Assembly: GCA_963762235.1 (NCBI GenBank)
Contig: CAVXKH010000006.1
Span: 17,699 to 81,698, forward strand
Direction of reading: 5' to 3'
DNA length: 64,000 nucleotides
From: an uncultured Gammaproteobacteria bacterium
GTDB lineage: Bacteria; Pseudomonadota; Gammaproteobacteria; Pseudomonadales; Halieaceae
Shown here: one piece after another, positions 40,281 through 52,474 of the stretch
How the letters are laid out: every line of letters begins with the position of its first letter
Position numbering within the stretch: position 1 is the stretch's first letter
Translations under genes and position numbers: made by a program
Notes under the pieces: generated by a model
Databases searched by the model: none
What the model saw: the letters and a program-made list of their open reading frames with translations, nothing else
What the model was told of the DNA's origin: nothing

Positions 40281-40291
40281 AATATGCTATA

Positions 40292-40367
40292 TGGCTCCGC
40301 CTGCTGGGCTCGAACCAGCGACCCATTGATTAACAGTCAATTGCTCTACCAACTGAGCTAAGGCGGA
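40292..40367 (-). tRNA. tRNA-Asn (anticodon GUU)
   Basis: The reverse complement TCCGCCTTAGCTCAGTTGGTAGAGCAATTGACTGTTAATCAATGGGTCGCTGGTTCGAGCCCAGCAGGCGGAGCCA folds as a cloverleaf. Anticodon loop is CTGTTAA, and the CCA end is encoded. Confidence 0.95.
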
Positions 40368-40390
40368 ATGGCGTTAACCAGAGGTCGCGT

Positions 40391-40419
40391 ATATTAATGA
40401 TGGACAGGGCCTTGGTCAA
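40391..40419 (-). promoter_or_regulatory. Putative sigma70 promoter of tRNA-Asn
   Basis: On the minus strand, TTGACC - 17 nt - TAATAT, followed by a GC-rich discriminator (acgcgacc), about 25 nt upstream of the tRNA 5' end. Confidence 0.5.
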
Positions 40420-40523
40420 CCGCTAATTGGGGATTCTATCAGTGTGTTGATTACGTGCTGCATTTCAGTGCTATGTAGATGATAATAAAAGGCTATTTTC
40501 GCCTCGTCCAGGTAGGGAAATTC

Positions 40524-42544
40524 GTGTCCAAGCGTTTCAAGGTTGAATCCCACTTCCAGCCCGCCGGCGACCAGCCGGAGGCCATCCGCCAGCTGGTGGA
40601 AGGAGCGCGGGCCGGTCTTGCTGCGCAGACCTTATTGGGGGTTACGGGATCAGGGAAAACGTTCACCATGGCACATGTGGTGGAGCAACTGCAGCGACCG
40701 ACCATCGTGATGGCGCACAACAAGACGCTGGCAGCGCAACTGTACGGTGAGTTCAAGGAGTTTTTCCCCAATAACGCTATCGAGTATTTCGTCTCCTACT
40801 ACGACTATTACCAGCCTGAGGCCTATGTTCCGTCCTCGGATACGTTTATCGAGAAGGACGCCTCTGTGAATGAGCACATCGAGCAGATGCGGCTCTCGGC
40901 CACCAAGGCCTTACTGGAGCGTAGCGATTGTCTCGTAGTGGCCACGGTCTCCGCCATTTACGGTCTGGGCGATCCCAAGTCGTATTTCAAAATGCTGATT
41001 CACCTGTCTCGTGGCGAGATTGTTGACCAGCGGGACATTCTGCGCCAGCTGGCGGAGCTGCAGTATACGCGCAACGACGTGGATTTTCGGCGCGGCACCT
41101 ACCGGGTACGCGGCGATGTGATCGATGTATTTCCCGCGGATTCAGAGCGCGATGCGGTGCGGATTGAATTGTATGATGAGGAAGTAGAGCAAATAAGCTG
41201 GTTCGATCCACTGACTGGCGCCGTCCAGAGCAAGGTGCCCCGGGTGACCATCTTCCCCAAGAGCCACTATGTGACGCCCCGGGAGGTCATGCTCGATGCA
41301 GTGGTACATATCGAGAAGGAACTGGGCGAACGACTCAAGCAGCTCCGGGAGAACGACAAGCTGGTGGAGGCGCAGCGTCTAGAGCAGCGTACCCGCTACG
41401 ATATGGAGATGATCCGTGAACTGGGTTACTGCACCGGTATTGAAAACTACTCGCGTTATCTGTCCGGTCGGGCGCCGGGAGAGCCGCCCCCTACGTTATT
41501 CGAATACCTGCCGGAGAATGCACTGGTGATTGTGGATGAGTCCCACGCCAGTATTCCCCAGATTGGCGCCATGTATAAGGGCGACCGCTCGCGCAAGGAG
41601 ACGCTGGTTGAATACGGCTTTCGCCTGCCTTCTGCCCTGGATAACCGCCCCCTGCGCTTTGAGGAGTGGGAGCAGCTGGTGCCACAGCTGGTTTTTGTCT
41701 CGGCCACGCCCGGACCCTATGAAGCGCAAAAGGCCGGACGCACGGTGGAGCAGGTGGTGCGTCCCACCGGTCTGGTGGATCCTGTGGTGGAGGTGCGACC
41801 GGCTACGAGCTCAGGTGGACGACCTGTTGGGCGAGATACGCATCGTGGTTGAACGCGGCGAGCGCGTGCTCGTCACCACCCTGACCAAACGCATGTCAGA
41901 AGATCTTACAGAATATCTGGGCGAGCACGGCGTGCGCGTGCGCTACCTGCACTCGGATATAGAGACTGTGGAACGGGTGGAGATTATTCGCGATCTGCGC
42001 CTGGGCGTGTTCGACGTCCTGGTGGGTATCAACCTGTTGCGCGAGGGACTGGATATGCCCGAGGTGTCGCTGGTTGCGATCCTGGATGCTGACAAGGAGG
42101 GATTTCTGCGCTCCGAACGTTCCCTGATCCAGACCATGGGCCGCGCGGCCCGTCACCTGCATGGCAGGGCGATCCTCTATGCGGACAGGGTGACCGGCTC
42201 CATGGAGCGCGCCATGGCGGAAACCGACCGCCGTCGGGACAGGCAGATTGCCCATAATACACTCCACAACATTACACCCGTCGGCGTCGAAAAATCGGTG
42301 CAGGACATCATGGAAGGTGCCCGGCGCATGCCGACCAGAGGCAAGGACAAGGCCAGAAAGGTGGCGGAATCGCAGGGCCGCATACAGTGCCGAAGTTGCC
42401 AACCTGGCACCCGCTGCGCTGTCGCGCAAACTCAAGCAACTGGAAGCGCAGATGCATGAGCATGCAAAAAACCTCGAATTTGAACAAGCGGCAGCCCTGC
42501 GAGATCAACTGGCGGAAATCAGGCAACTGGCCTTTCTCAGCTAG
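40524..42544 (+). CDS. uvrB: Excinuclease ABC subunit B, with two +1 frame breaks (~41811 and ~42375)
   Basis: [23 protein letters not shown], Walker [13 protein letters not shown], ...VEVRPAT|[28 protein letters not shown], and the C-terminal UVR motif [19 protein letters not shown] in a third frame. GTG 40524 is the preferred start. Confidence 0.93.
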
Positions 42545-42753
42545 CGGGCTGGCCCGGACACAGTGAGCCGCCTGGCCGCTATAGCAATCTGTCGCCCAAT
42601 CGGGCATTATCTCGGCCCCGATTTGGGGCGCCTCCCGCTGTGATCAAGGTTGTCATCACTACCGCGGACTGCATGGCGATGGCTAAAAAATCAAACTGTT
42701 AAGTACAATCAAGTGACCTTTCGTAGGGGCCACCACTGATACAAGGAACGCGC

Positions 42754-44686
42754 ATGCCTGTTATTACATTGCCTGATGGTAGCCAACGCACTTTTGCTCA
42801 GCCGGTATCGGTGCACGAGATCGCCGCCAATATCGGTGCCGGTCTGGCCAAGGCTGCGCTGGGCGCAGTGGTAGACGGCCGGGAGGTGGATACCTCCCAT
42901 CTGGTAGAGCACGATGCCACGATTGCGATCATTACAGATCAGGATGATGCCGGGCTTGAGATCATTCGTCATTCCACCGCCCATCTGTTGGCAATGGCGA
43001 CTCAGGAGTTGTTCCCCGGGGTACAGGTCACCATCGGTCCGGTAATCCAGGATGGTTTTTACTACGATTTTGCCACCGGACACAATTTCACACCTCTGGA
43101 TCTGGAGAAGATTGAACAGCGGATGGAAGAGCTCGCGATGCTGGATATACCCGTCGAACGAGTGGTGATGAGCCGGGATAGCGCTATAGAAAAATTTCGC
43201 AACATGGGCGAAAACTACAAGGTACAAATTATCGAAGGTCTACCAGCAGGTGAAGAAATTTCGCTGTACACCCAGGGTGCCTGGGGTGATTTATGCCGCG
43301 GACCACACGTGCCCAGCACGGGTAAACTGAAGGCGTTCAAGCTGACCAAAGTGGCGGGTGCTTACTGGCGCGGCGATTCAAACAACGAAATGTTGCAGCG
43401 CATTTACGGCACGGCGTGGGCCAGCAAAAAGCAGCTCAAGCAGTACCTGACTCGTATAGAGGAAGCGGAGAAGCGCGATCACCGCAAGATCGGCAAGAAA
43501 CTGGATCTGTTCCACACTCAGGAAGAAGCTCCCGGTATGGTGTTCTGGCATCCGGCCGGATGGAGCATCTACCAGACCATTGAGCAGTACATGCGCAAGG
43601 CCCAGCAAGACAACGGTTATCTGGAGATCAGGACGCCCCAGTTGGTGGACCTCTCCCTGTGGAAAAAATCCGGCCATGCGGAAAAGTTCGGCGACGATAT
43701 GTTTATGCTCCGCGTCCGAGGATCGGGACTTTGCGGTAAAGCCCATGAACTGCCCCTGTCATGTGCAGGTCTTCAATCAGGGCCTGAAGTCCTATCGCGA
43801 TCTGCCCCTGCGCCTGGCGGAATTCGGCTCCTGCCACCGCAATGAGCCATCCGGCTCGCTACACGGTATTATGCGGGTGCGTGGTTTTGTGCAGGATGAC
43901 GCCCACATCTTCTGCACTGAAGCGCAGATTCAGCCCGAGGTTTCGGCCTTTATTGATTTCCTGCACGCCGTTTACAAGGACTTCGGCTTCAGCGAGGTCA
44001 TTTACAGGTTGTCTACCCGACCCGAGCAGCGGGTCGGTACAGATGCGGACTGGGATCGCGCGGAGAAGGCTCTGGCCGAAGCGTTGGATACGCATAACCT
44101 ACCATGGAAGGAACTGCCAGGGGAGGGCGCATTTTATGGACCGAAGATCGAGTTTTCACTCAAGGACTGTATAGGCCGCGTCTGGCAATTAGGTACTATC
44201 CAGGTTGATTTTTCCATGCCAGGTCGTCTCGACGCCCAGTATGTCGCCGAGGATGGCAGCCGACAGGTGCCTGTCATGTTGCACCGCGCGGTACTGGGTT
44301 CCTTTGAGCGATTTATTGGAATATTAATTGAGCATTACGAGGGAGTTTTCCCCACTTGGCTGGCCCCCAGGCAGGTCGTTGTGCTCAATATTACGGACAA
44401 GCAGTCCGAATATGCCCAAAAAGTGGAAGATTCCTTGAAAAACAACGGCTTTCGGGTCACTTCGGACTTGAGAAATGAGAAAATCGGCTTTAAAATCCGC
44501 GAGCACACAATTCAGAAGGTCCCCTACCTGTTAGTGGTGGGGGATAAAGAAGTGGAATCACAGACCGTGGCCGTGCGTGCCCGTCGTGGTGAGGATCTGG
44601 GATCCATGGGTCTCGATGCGTTTATAGCGCGCCTCACGGACGATGTTGCATGTCGCGGTCGTATCGTATTGGAGAATCAGTATTAA
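42754..44686 (+). CDS. thrS: Threonine--tRNA ligase, with one +1 frame break at ~43706-43712
   Basis: TGS domain [14 protein letters not shown]. The junction reads ...[15 protein letters not shown]|[68 protein letters not shown], which closely parallels E. coli ThrS. Confidence 0.95.
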
Positions 44687-45218
44687 GAAAGATAGCGGCA
44701 AGGGAGCCAGTAAAAAGGCGATCATCAATGAGCAGATCACGGCGGACCCGGTTCGCCTGGTTGGAGCAGAAGGCGAGCAGGTAGGAATCGTGTCTCTCAA
44801 AGAGGCACTTGCAGCGGCCGAAGCGGCGACCATGGATCTGGTGCTTATCGCCGATTCCGACCCCGTAGTTTGTAAATTGATGGACTACGGCAAATTTGTG
44901 TTTGAAATCAAGAAGCAGAAAGCCGCCCAGAGAAAGAAGCAGAAGCGGACTCAGATTAAAGAAATGAAGTTTCGTCCAGGGACGGAGGAAGGAGATTACC
45001 AGGTAAAACTACGCAACCTGGTACGTTTTCTGGAAAATGGCGATAAGGCCAAAGTCACGCTGCGCTATCGCGGACGTGAAATGGCTCACCAGGAAATTGG
45101 CATGGAGCTACTCAAGCGAGTAGAAGCTGATCTGGTCGAATTGGGAACTGTCGAGCAATTTCCGAAGATGGAAGGCCGGCAACTCACCATGGTTATCGCT
45201 CCCAAGAGGAAGAACTAG
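44682..45218 (+). CDS. infC: Translation initiation factor IF-3, probably starting at AUU
   Basis: ATT at 44682-44684 overlaps the thrS stop (ATTAA). It is followed by [37 protein letters not shown]...[13 protein letters not shown] initiation of infC is the classical autoregulatory arrangement. The upstream in-frame ATG 44643 would give an atypical extension. Confidence 0.88.
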   Translation: MKKDSGKGASKKAIINEQITADPVRLVGAEGEQVGIVSLKEALAAAEAATMDLVLIADSDPVVCKLMDYGKFVFEIKKQKAAQRKKQKRTQIKEMKFRPGTEEGDYQVKLRNLVRFLENGDKAKVTLRYRGREMAHQEIGMELLKRVEADLVELGTVEQFPKMEGRQLTMVIAPKRKN

Positions 45219-45277
45219 CGGCCTGTGAATGCCCTGGTTTCTTTAAATATGAACTTTCAAATGCGGAGTATTTGATT

Positions 45278-45472
45278 ATGCCTAAAGCAAAAATTCACAG
45301 TGGGGCTGCCAAGCGTTTTAAAAAAACCGCCGGCGGATACAAGCGCAAGAGCGCCAACAAGAGTCATATCCTGACCAAGATGACAACCAAGCGTAAGCGC
45401 CAGTTACGTGGAACTTCAATGATCCATGCAAACGACAAGGTGCTGATCGACCGCATGTTGCGGGCGCGCTAA
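45278..45472 (+). CDS. rpmI: 50S ribosomal protein L35
   Basis: [45 protein letters not shown]. Confidence 0.95.
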   Translation: MPKAKIHSGAAKRFKKTAGGYKRKSANKSHILTKMTTKRKRQLRGTSMIHANDKVLIDRMLRAR

Positions 45473-45503
45473 TTGGTTATCCATTAGAAATTAGGAGAAG
45501 ACT

Positions 45504-45860
45504 ATGCCTCACGTAAAACGTGGTGTGGTGGCACATCGCCGCCACAAGAAAATATTGAAGCAAGCCAAGGGTTACTACGGAGCGCGCAGCCGCATTTTTC
45601 GGGTTGCCAAGCAGGCTGTTACAAAAGCGGGCCAGTATGCCTACCGTGACCGTCGTCAGCGCAAACGTCAGTTCCGCGCGTTGTGGATCACGCGTATCAA
45701 CGCCCAGTCGCGTGCTAATGGCTTGAGCTATAGCCGTTTGATCAATGGCCTTAAAAAGGCAGAGATCGGCCTTGATCGTCGAGTGTTGGCAGACCTGGCG
45801 GTACATGACAAGCCGGGTTTTGCTGCGATCGTGGAGCAAGCGAAGGCCGCATTGGCCTAA
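45504..45860 (+). CDS. rplT: 50S ribosomal protein L20
   Basis: [58 protein letters not shown]. Confidence 0.97.
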   Translation: MPHVKRGVVAHRRHKKILKQAKGYYGARSRIFRVAKQAVTKAGQYAYRDRRQRKRQFRALWITRINAQSRANGLSYSRLINGLKKAEIGLDRRVLADLAVHDKPGFAAIVEQAKAALA

Positions 45861-45904
45861 GTCCAACCCCACCGCTTCGGCGGTTCGCAGGCTACATGTA
45901 ATCC

Positions 45905-45943
45905 AAAAAGGGAAAGGGCTGTGCTCTTTCCCTTTTTGTTTTT
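45905..45943 (+). terminator. Rho-independent terminator between rplT and pheS
   Basis: AAAGGGAAAG-(loop ggctgtgct)-CTTTCCCTTT followed by TTGTTTTT. Confidence 0.7.
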
Positions 45944-45997
45944 GGGAGCATGGTGAGGCAAGTGATGTATACAAGAACGAGACCAGAGATAGACTAA

Positions 45998-47011
<1,014 letters not shown>

Positions 47012-47026
47012 GGGGAGAGATAGAGA

Positions 47027-49403
47027 GTGAAATTCAGCGAACAATGGTTGCGCGAGTGGGTCTCCCCCGCATTGAGTACCGAACAACTTGCACATCAGAT
47101 AACCATGGCCGGGCTGGAGGTTGATGCGATTGACCCGGTGGCCCAGGTATTTCAGTGGTGTGGTCGTCGCGCAAATCCTCAGTGTGGAGCAGCATCCGGA
47201 TGCTGACAAATTGCGCATCTGTCTGGTTAGCAATGGCAGCGATACCGTTCAGGTTGTGTGCGGTGCGCCCAATGCGCGGGTCGGCCTGAAGGTGCCCCTG
47301 GCGCAGGTCGGCGCCGAACTGCCGGGTAACCTCAAGATTACCCGCGCCCAGCTGCGTGGTGTGGAGTCGCACGGCATGCTCTGTGCAGAGCGGGAACTCG
47401 GACTGTCAGAGGGCTCCAGTGGCCTTATGGAGCTTGCGCCTGACGCGCCGCTTGGTGCCGATCTGCGACACTATTTGGGCCTTGATGACAATGTGATTGA
47501 AATCAGCGTCACGCCCAATCGCGCGGATTGCCTGGGCATAGCCGGGATCGCTCGCGAAGTGGGATTGCTCAACAATCTGCCGGTCATTGCACCGGCCTTT
47601 GACAGCGTGCCAGAGTCCACGCCTGACACTTTTCCGATAGAGGTGCGCGCTGGCGATTGTTGTCCGCGTTATGTCGGGCGTGTCATCAGGGGCGTCGATG
47701 TTTCGCGTCCCAGTCCCGTATGGCTGCAGGAGAAGCTGCGCCGCTGTGGTATTCGCTCTATTGATGCAGTAGTGGATGTCACTAATTACCTGCTGTTGGA
47801 ACTTGGCCAACCCATGCACGCTTTTGACCTTGGCAAACTGCAGGGGAGAATTGAGGTGCGTATGGCCGCATCGGGCGAATCTATCGAACTGCTGGATGGG
47901 CAGACCATTGAATTGCGCCCCGATACGTTGGTAATTGCAGATCGTGAGGGGCCGCTCGCCATGGCCGGCATTATGGGCGGGAAGCAGTCTGCGGTGAGTG
48001 CTGCATCCAGGGATATTTTCCTGGAGGCGGCGTTTTTTTCGCCCAACGCGCTGGCGGGGAAGGCGCGATCATATGGCCTGCACACAGACTCCAGCCATCG
48101 CTTTGAACGTGGCGTTGATTTCCAACTGCAAGTGGCGGCGATGGAGCGCGCCACCCGATTGCTGGTGGATATCGTGGGCGGTGAGGTGGGACCGATTCAG
48201 GAGGTTGCCTCAACGCATGATCTACCTGGCCGGCCTGATGTCATTTTGCGAGCAAACCGTATCGAGAGAGTGCTGGGCTTCGGATTGCCTGCCAGTGAAG
48301 TCGAGCGCATCCTGTCAGGTCTCGGCCTGGGTGTGACAGCCACTGCGGATGGCTGGACTTGTTCGATTCCCAGCTGGCGTTTCGATATCGCCATTGAGGC
48401 GGACCTGTTGGAGGAACTGGCTCGTGTGTACGGTTACAATCGACTGCCGGTGAAGCATATCCGCGCCGATCTGGTTATGCAGGCCAGGCCGGAAACAGCG
48501 TTGTCTCTCCGTTATCTGCGCCGCCATCTGAGCGCGAGAGGTTACCGTGAGGCGATCACCTACAGCTTTGTGGACCCTGAGTTACAGCGGGTGTTTGATC
48601 CGGAACAAGAGCCTGTAGCATTGAGCAATCCAATGTCTGCAGAGATGGCAGTAATGCGCACCAGTCTGCTGCCGGCTTTGGTTGGCGCTGTGCTGCACAA
48701 TACCAATCGCCAACAGTCCCGGGTGCGCCTGTTCGAGACCGGTCTGCGATTTCTCCCCGGGAGCTCCGGATTGCGTCAGGTTCCGACACTGGCCATGGTG
48801 TGTACGGGGCAACGTTTTGCCGAGTCCTGGGCAGTGCCGGGCGATGTAACCGATTTTTTTGATCTCAAGGGCGATCTGGAGAGCCTGCTGGCATTGACCA
48901 GTCAGCCCCGGGACTATGCGTTTGAGCCGGCCTCACGTCCGGCGCTTCAGCCGGGGCAGAGCGCCTGGCTGACCCGAAAGGGGCAGGTGGCAGGCGTTAT
49001 CGGCGCGCTGCACCCTACGGTGGGAGCCCGCTTGGGACTTAGTGCACCTCTTTATCTCTGTGAGATTGACCTTGCTGTCCTGCTGGAGGGGGCAATTCCC
49101 GAGTTCAGGGAATTGTCCAAATTCCCCGAAATTCGCCGCGATATAGCAGTAGTAGTCGACAAATCAGTGCCAGCTGCCGGCCTGATGGATGCGGTGAGGA
49201 TCGCCGCAGGGACTTATCTCACAGACTTAAGGCTTTTTGATGTCTATACAGGCAAAGGCATTGATCCTAAACGAAAAAGTATCGCGCTGGGTTTGACATT
49301 CCGCGATCAATCGCGCACTCTAGGCGAGGAAGATGTAAATCTGGCCGTCGATCAAGTCATTGATCTGTTGAAAAAAAACTATAACGCTGAGCTCAGAAAC
49401 TAG
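47027..49403 (+). CDS. pheT: Phenylalanine--tRNA ligase beta subunit, with one +1 frame break at ~47135-47150
   Basis: GTG 47027 (SD aaggggaga) reads [39 protein letters not shown]. The reading then shifts into ORF 47121-49403 (...[26 protein letters not shown]..., B3/4, B5 and anticodon-binding-like domains). Confidence 0.93.
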
Positions 49404-49415
49404 GTAAACGGGAAA

Positions 49416-49724
49416 ATGGTTGCTCTGACAAAATCCGAAATGGCAGAACGCCTGTTTGAAGAGCTGGGGCTCAACAAACGGGAAGCCAAAGAGATTGTCG
49501 AGTTGTTCTTCGAGGAAATTCGTGGTTGCCTCGAAAATAACGAACAGGTGAAGTTGTCCGGTTTTGGCAACTTCGATTTGCGCGATAAAAGCCAGCGTCC
49601 TGGTCGCAACCCCAAAACCGGTGAGGAAATCCCCATCTCTGCCCGAAGGGTCGTCACCTTCAGGCCTGGTCAAAAGCTCAAAGCCCGAGTAGAAGAATAT
49701 GCTGGAACCCACCCACAACAATGA
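49416..49724 (+). CDS. ihfA: Integration host factor subunit alpha
   Basis: [33 protein letters not shown]...[42 protein letters not shown]. Confidence 0.95.
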   Translation: MVALTKSEMAERLFEELGLNKREAKEIVELFFEEIRGCLENNEQVKLSGFGNFDLRDKSQRPGRNPKTGEEIPISARRVVTFRPGQKLKARVEEYAGTHPQQ

Positions 49725-50064
49725 ATTGCCTACGATCCCTGGTAAGCGCTATTTCACTATTGGTGAAGTAAGCGAGCTCTGCGCGGTTAAGCCCCACGTT
49801 CTGCGCTATTGGGAGCAGGAGTTTCCGCAGTTAAAACCCGTCAAGCGCCGTGGCAATCGCCGCTATTACCAGCGTGATGATGTACTCACAATTCGCCAGA
49901 TCCGTGGCCTGTTGTACGAGCAGGGCTATACCATTGGTGGCGCCAGGCAGCGGATGACCGATGAAAACAGGAAAAGTCCTCTTTCGGCCGAGCTGCGGGC
50001 GGTGATCAAGGAAACCATTGAGGAACTGGAAGATGTCCTGAAGGTTCTTGCGCCCTCCAAATAG
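49699..50064 (+). CDS. MerR-family transcriptional regulator (the conserved small MerR gene downstream of ihfA)
   Basis: [52 protein letters not shown] is a MerR-type wHTH. Overlaps the ihfA 3' end. Confidence 0.8.
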   Translation: MLEPTHNNELPTIPGKRYFTIGEVSELCAVKPHVLRYWEQEFPQLKPVKRRGNRRYYQRDDVLTIRQIRGLLYEQGYTIGGARQRMTDENRKSPLSAELRAVIKETIEELEDVLKVLAPSK

Positions 50065-50067
50065 CCT

Positions 50068-50095
50068 TTGTATCAAACGCGGTATTGAGTATAAT
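50068..50095 (+). promoter_or_regulatory. Putative sigma70 promoter of tRNA-Pro
   Basis: TTGTAT (50068-50073) - 16 nt - TATAAT (50090-50095), followed by the GC-rich discriminator gccgccctcgc. Lies ~25 nt upstream of the tRNA. Confidence 0.5.
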
Positions 50096-50119
50096 GCCGC
50101 CCTCGCAAATCATGCGAAC

Positions 50120-50197
<78 letters not shown>

Positions 50198-50437
50198 AAT
50201 ACCTGTCCGACATCACCCCCTTAACGTCCCGAAAAGCCCTGTAGATCAGGGCTTTTTTGTATATATTGTGTCCACGGTCATCCGGCAGTATTCCACGCCA
50301 TGCATATTTCCAGGGCCGACTTCAGACGCATTTCATACTGTAAAAGGCTTTTGCTACTGGAAAGAACATATATGGTGATAGACTAATAGCGCCAGCGCGC
50401 TCCTAACCCTGATTCCGGTATCTCTCCAATCCTGTTT

Positions 50438-51772
50438 ATGAACAAAATTCAAAAAATTGCTCTTTTATACGTGCTTGTCGTGATAGTGCTGGTATACGGA
50501 TATTCAGTAGGTCGTTTTGAAGTGTTTCCCTACAGTTATGTTGAAAAGTATGTGCAAGACTACCAGAAGTTCGCGGCAGGCGATGTGCTGGAGAAAAAAT
50601 CATCTACTCTCAGTAAGCTGAAAAACGATTTTGGCTTTTCTTTTCGTCGCTGGGACTACAGTTATCCAAAGCATGCAATTGACGGTGCCGTAGAGATTGA
50701 GCATCCCTCTTTCAGTAAGCGCAAGGAGCTGCCGCGGCTATACGTCGACGAAAATCATCGTGACGGTTACCGAGTCATATTCGGTGCGTTCGATTTGCAA
50801 AAGTCTTTCTGGGGCGGAATCTTGATAGATTCTGAGGGTAAAATCGTGCACGTTTGGAATCCGTCGACTAAACATTTACCTTCCGAGGTCAAGGAGGACC
50901 AGCTAAAAAATCTCTATGGATTGCACGTATTTCCCGACGGATCCATTATTTACAATATGCAGGAGCACAGTGGCGGCCTCGTTAAAATCGACGCATGTAG
51001 TAATGTCGTTTGGAATCTTGAAGGCAAGTTTCATCACACCGTATCTGCGGATGACATGGGCTACTTCTGGAGCTTCAGGGGTGAGTCCAAGGCATATGAT
51101 CAGGATATGGTCAAAATCTCTGTAGAGACGGGTAAGATTGTCGATGAAATACACATGGCTGAGGTGCGTAGTGCAAATCCAGATTTGCACCTGTGGAACT
51201 TGTCTTTGTTTGGGAATACTGAAACCGGCCATATGACTCACGGCAACGATATTGAGCCGCTAACTCCATCTATGGCAGCCAGCTTTCCCGGCTTCGAAGT
51301 TGGTGATCTCCTGATCAGCTACGCATCAACGAACCTGATATTTATTCTGGATCCGGACACGCTGAAGGTGAAATGGTGGCGAGTAGGGATTAGTGATTTC
51401 CAGCACGATCCGGACTGGGAGGCAGACGGTAAAATAGCAATATTCAGCAACAACCAGCGCTCTGACAAGAAATTTTCCGACATAGTAACAGTAGACCCTC
51501 AGACCATGGAGCACCATATTGTCGTCGATGGCTCCAAATTGGATTTCTATAGTCCCGCTAATGGACGTCACCAGTTGACTGAATTTGGTACGCGTTATGT
51601 TACAAGCGCGCAGCAGGGGTGGGCCTTCGAGGTTGATGGTACAGGTAGGGTGGTTTCTTCTTTTGTGAATGTTATCGATGCGGCCGAGGGGCGGGCGCTG
51701 CACCTTTCCGAGGCTCTGCGTTTTAAAAAGGATTATTTTGAAACAGAATTCTGGAAAAAATGTAGCAACTAG
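50438..51772 (+). CDS. Membrane-anchored arylsulfotransferase (ASST)-family beta-propeller protein
   Basis: N-terminal TM anchor IALLYVLVVIVLVYGY. ASST-like pattern: FHHTVSADD..., HMTHGNDIEPL...GDLLISYASTNLIFILDPDTLKVKWWRVG...FQHDPDWEADGKIAIFSNN. Confidence 0.55.
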   Translation: MNKIQKIALLYVLVVIVLVYGYSVGRFEVFPYSYVEKYVQDYQKFAAGDVLEKKSSTLSKLKNDFGFSFRRWDYSYPKHAIDGAVEIEHPSFSKRKELPRLYVDENHRDGYRVIFGAFDLQKSFWGGILIDSEGKIVHVWNPSTKHLPSEVKEDQLKNLYGLHVFPDGSIIYNMQEHSGGLVKIDACSNVVWNLEGKFHHTVSADDMGYFWSFRGESKAYDQDMVKISVETGKIVDEIHMAEVRSANPDLHLWNLSLFGNTETGHMTHGNDIEPLTPSMAASFPGFEVGDLLISYASTNLIFILDPDTLKVKWWRVGISDFQHDPDWEADGKIAIFSNNQRSDKKFSDIVTVDPQTMEHHIVVDGSKLDFYSPANGRHQLTEFGTRYVTSAQQGWAFEVDGTGRVVSSFVNVIDAAEGRALHLSEALRFKKDYFETEFWKKCSN

Positions 51773-51815
51773 CTTATGTTGTCCCTTGAGGGTAATTCGT
51801 TCACTGGATTTGGCC

Positions 51816-52097
51816 ATGCACTTGATTAGGCAATTTGTCTTACTGGAGATTTTCTGCCTGGTGCTGTTGCCGTGCCAGGCTTTCGCTTATGTAGGCCCAG
51901 GCTTGGGGGCGGGTACCCTGGGTGTGGTATTCGGGCTTCTGGGCTCTATATTTCTCGCCCTGTTTGCGTTTATTTGGTATCCCATAAAGCGTATGATTTT
52001 TCGTAAGGGCGGCGAAGCCCAGGACGAGATTGAGGAAGGCGATTCTTCCGCAGTTGAGACCAAACCCAAGCTTGCAGAGAAATCAAAGAATCCATGA
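51816..52097 (+). CDS. Small membrane protein (93 aa) with an N-terminal AYVGPGLGAG motif and an acidic/lysine-rich tail
   Basis: ATG 51816. Sequence is MHLIRQFVLLEIFCLVLLPCQAFAYVGPGLGAGTLGVVFGLLGSIFLALFAFIWYPIKR.... No family assigned. Confidence 0.4.
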   Translation: MHLIRQFVLLEIFCLVLLPCQAFAYVGPGLGAGTLGVVFGLLGSIFLALFAFIWYPIKRMIFRKGGEAQDEIEEGDSSAVETKPKLAEKSKNP

Positions 52098-52474
52098 CTT
52101 ATCTGGCCCTGTGCCTACTGTGTATTTTGACCGTCGAACTCTTTTTGTTGTTTCCCATCCTGAAGCCGATTATCAGGCTGGCAGAGGTTAGCCAGAAATC
52201 GCTCAGAGTATTGTCTTCCAAACGAATTTCTGACCACTGGAAAGAAAAGGCGTTGAAGTACTATGCCCGGGATATGGCGCGGTATTCGCTTGCCAGCGCA
52301 TTTTGGCTCGTGCTCCTGTTCGTTCTTGTTGCAGTCAGTGCTTATCTCCTGGATATGCTGATGGGTAAAAGTACTTCCGTTATTGAATACGCCATGAGCC
52401 TTGAGGGAATGTTTTTGGCGACTTTCATTGCGCTGATATATGTCTACATACGGAAGCGAATTGTCTCGGCCTGA
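52094..52474 (+). CDS. Small membrane protein (126 aa, about 3 TM helices)
   Basis: Overlaps the previous stop (ATGA). Helices include MTYLALCLLCILTVELFLLFPIL..., SAFWLVLLFVLVAVSAYLL and MFLATFIALIYVYI. A CLLC motif lies in helix 1. No family assigned. Confidence 0.4.
   Translation: MTYLALCLLCILTVELFLLFPILKPIIRLAEVSQKSLRVLSSKRISDHWKEKALKYYARDMARYSLASAFWLVLLFVLVAVSAYLLDMLMGKSTSVIEYAMSLEGMFLATFIALIYVYIRKRIVSA

Noticed and set aside
45861-45997. Possible pheST attenuator with a Phe-rich leader peptide (as in E. coli pheM)
   Set aside because: The hairpin plus T-run is present. However, the only small ORFs nearby (ATG-TAA, and a 15-codon ORF after the hairpin) contain no Phe codons. I therefore treat it as the rplT terminator only.
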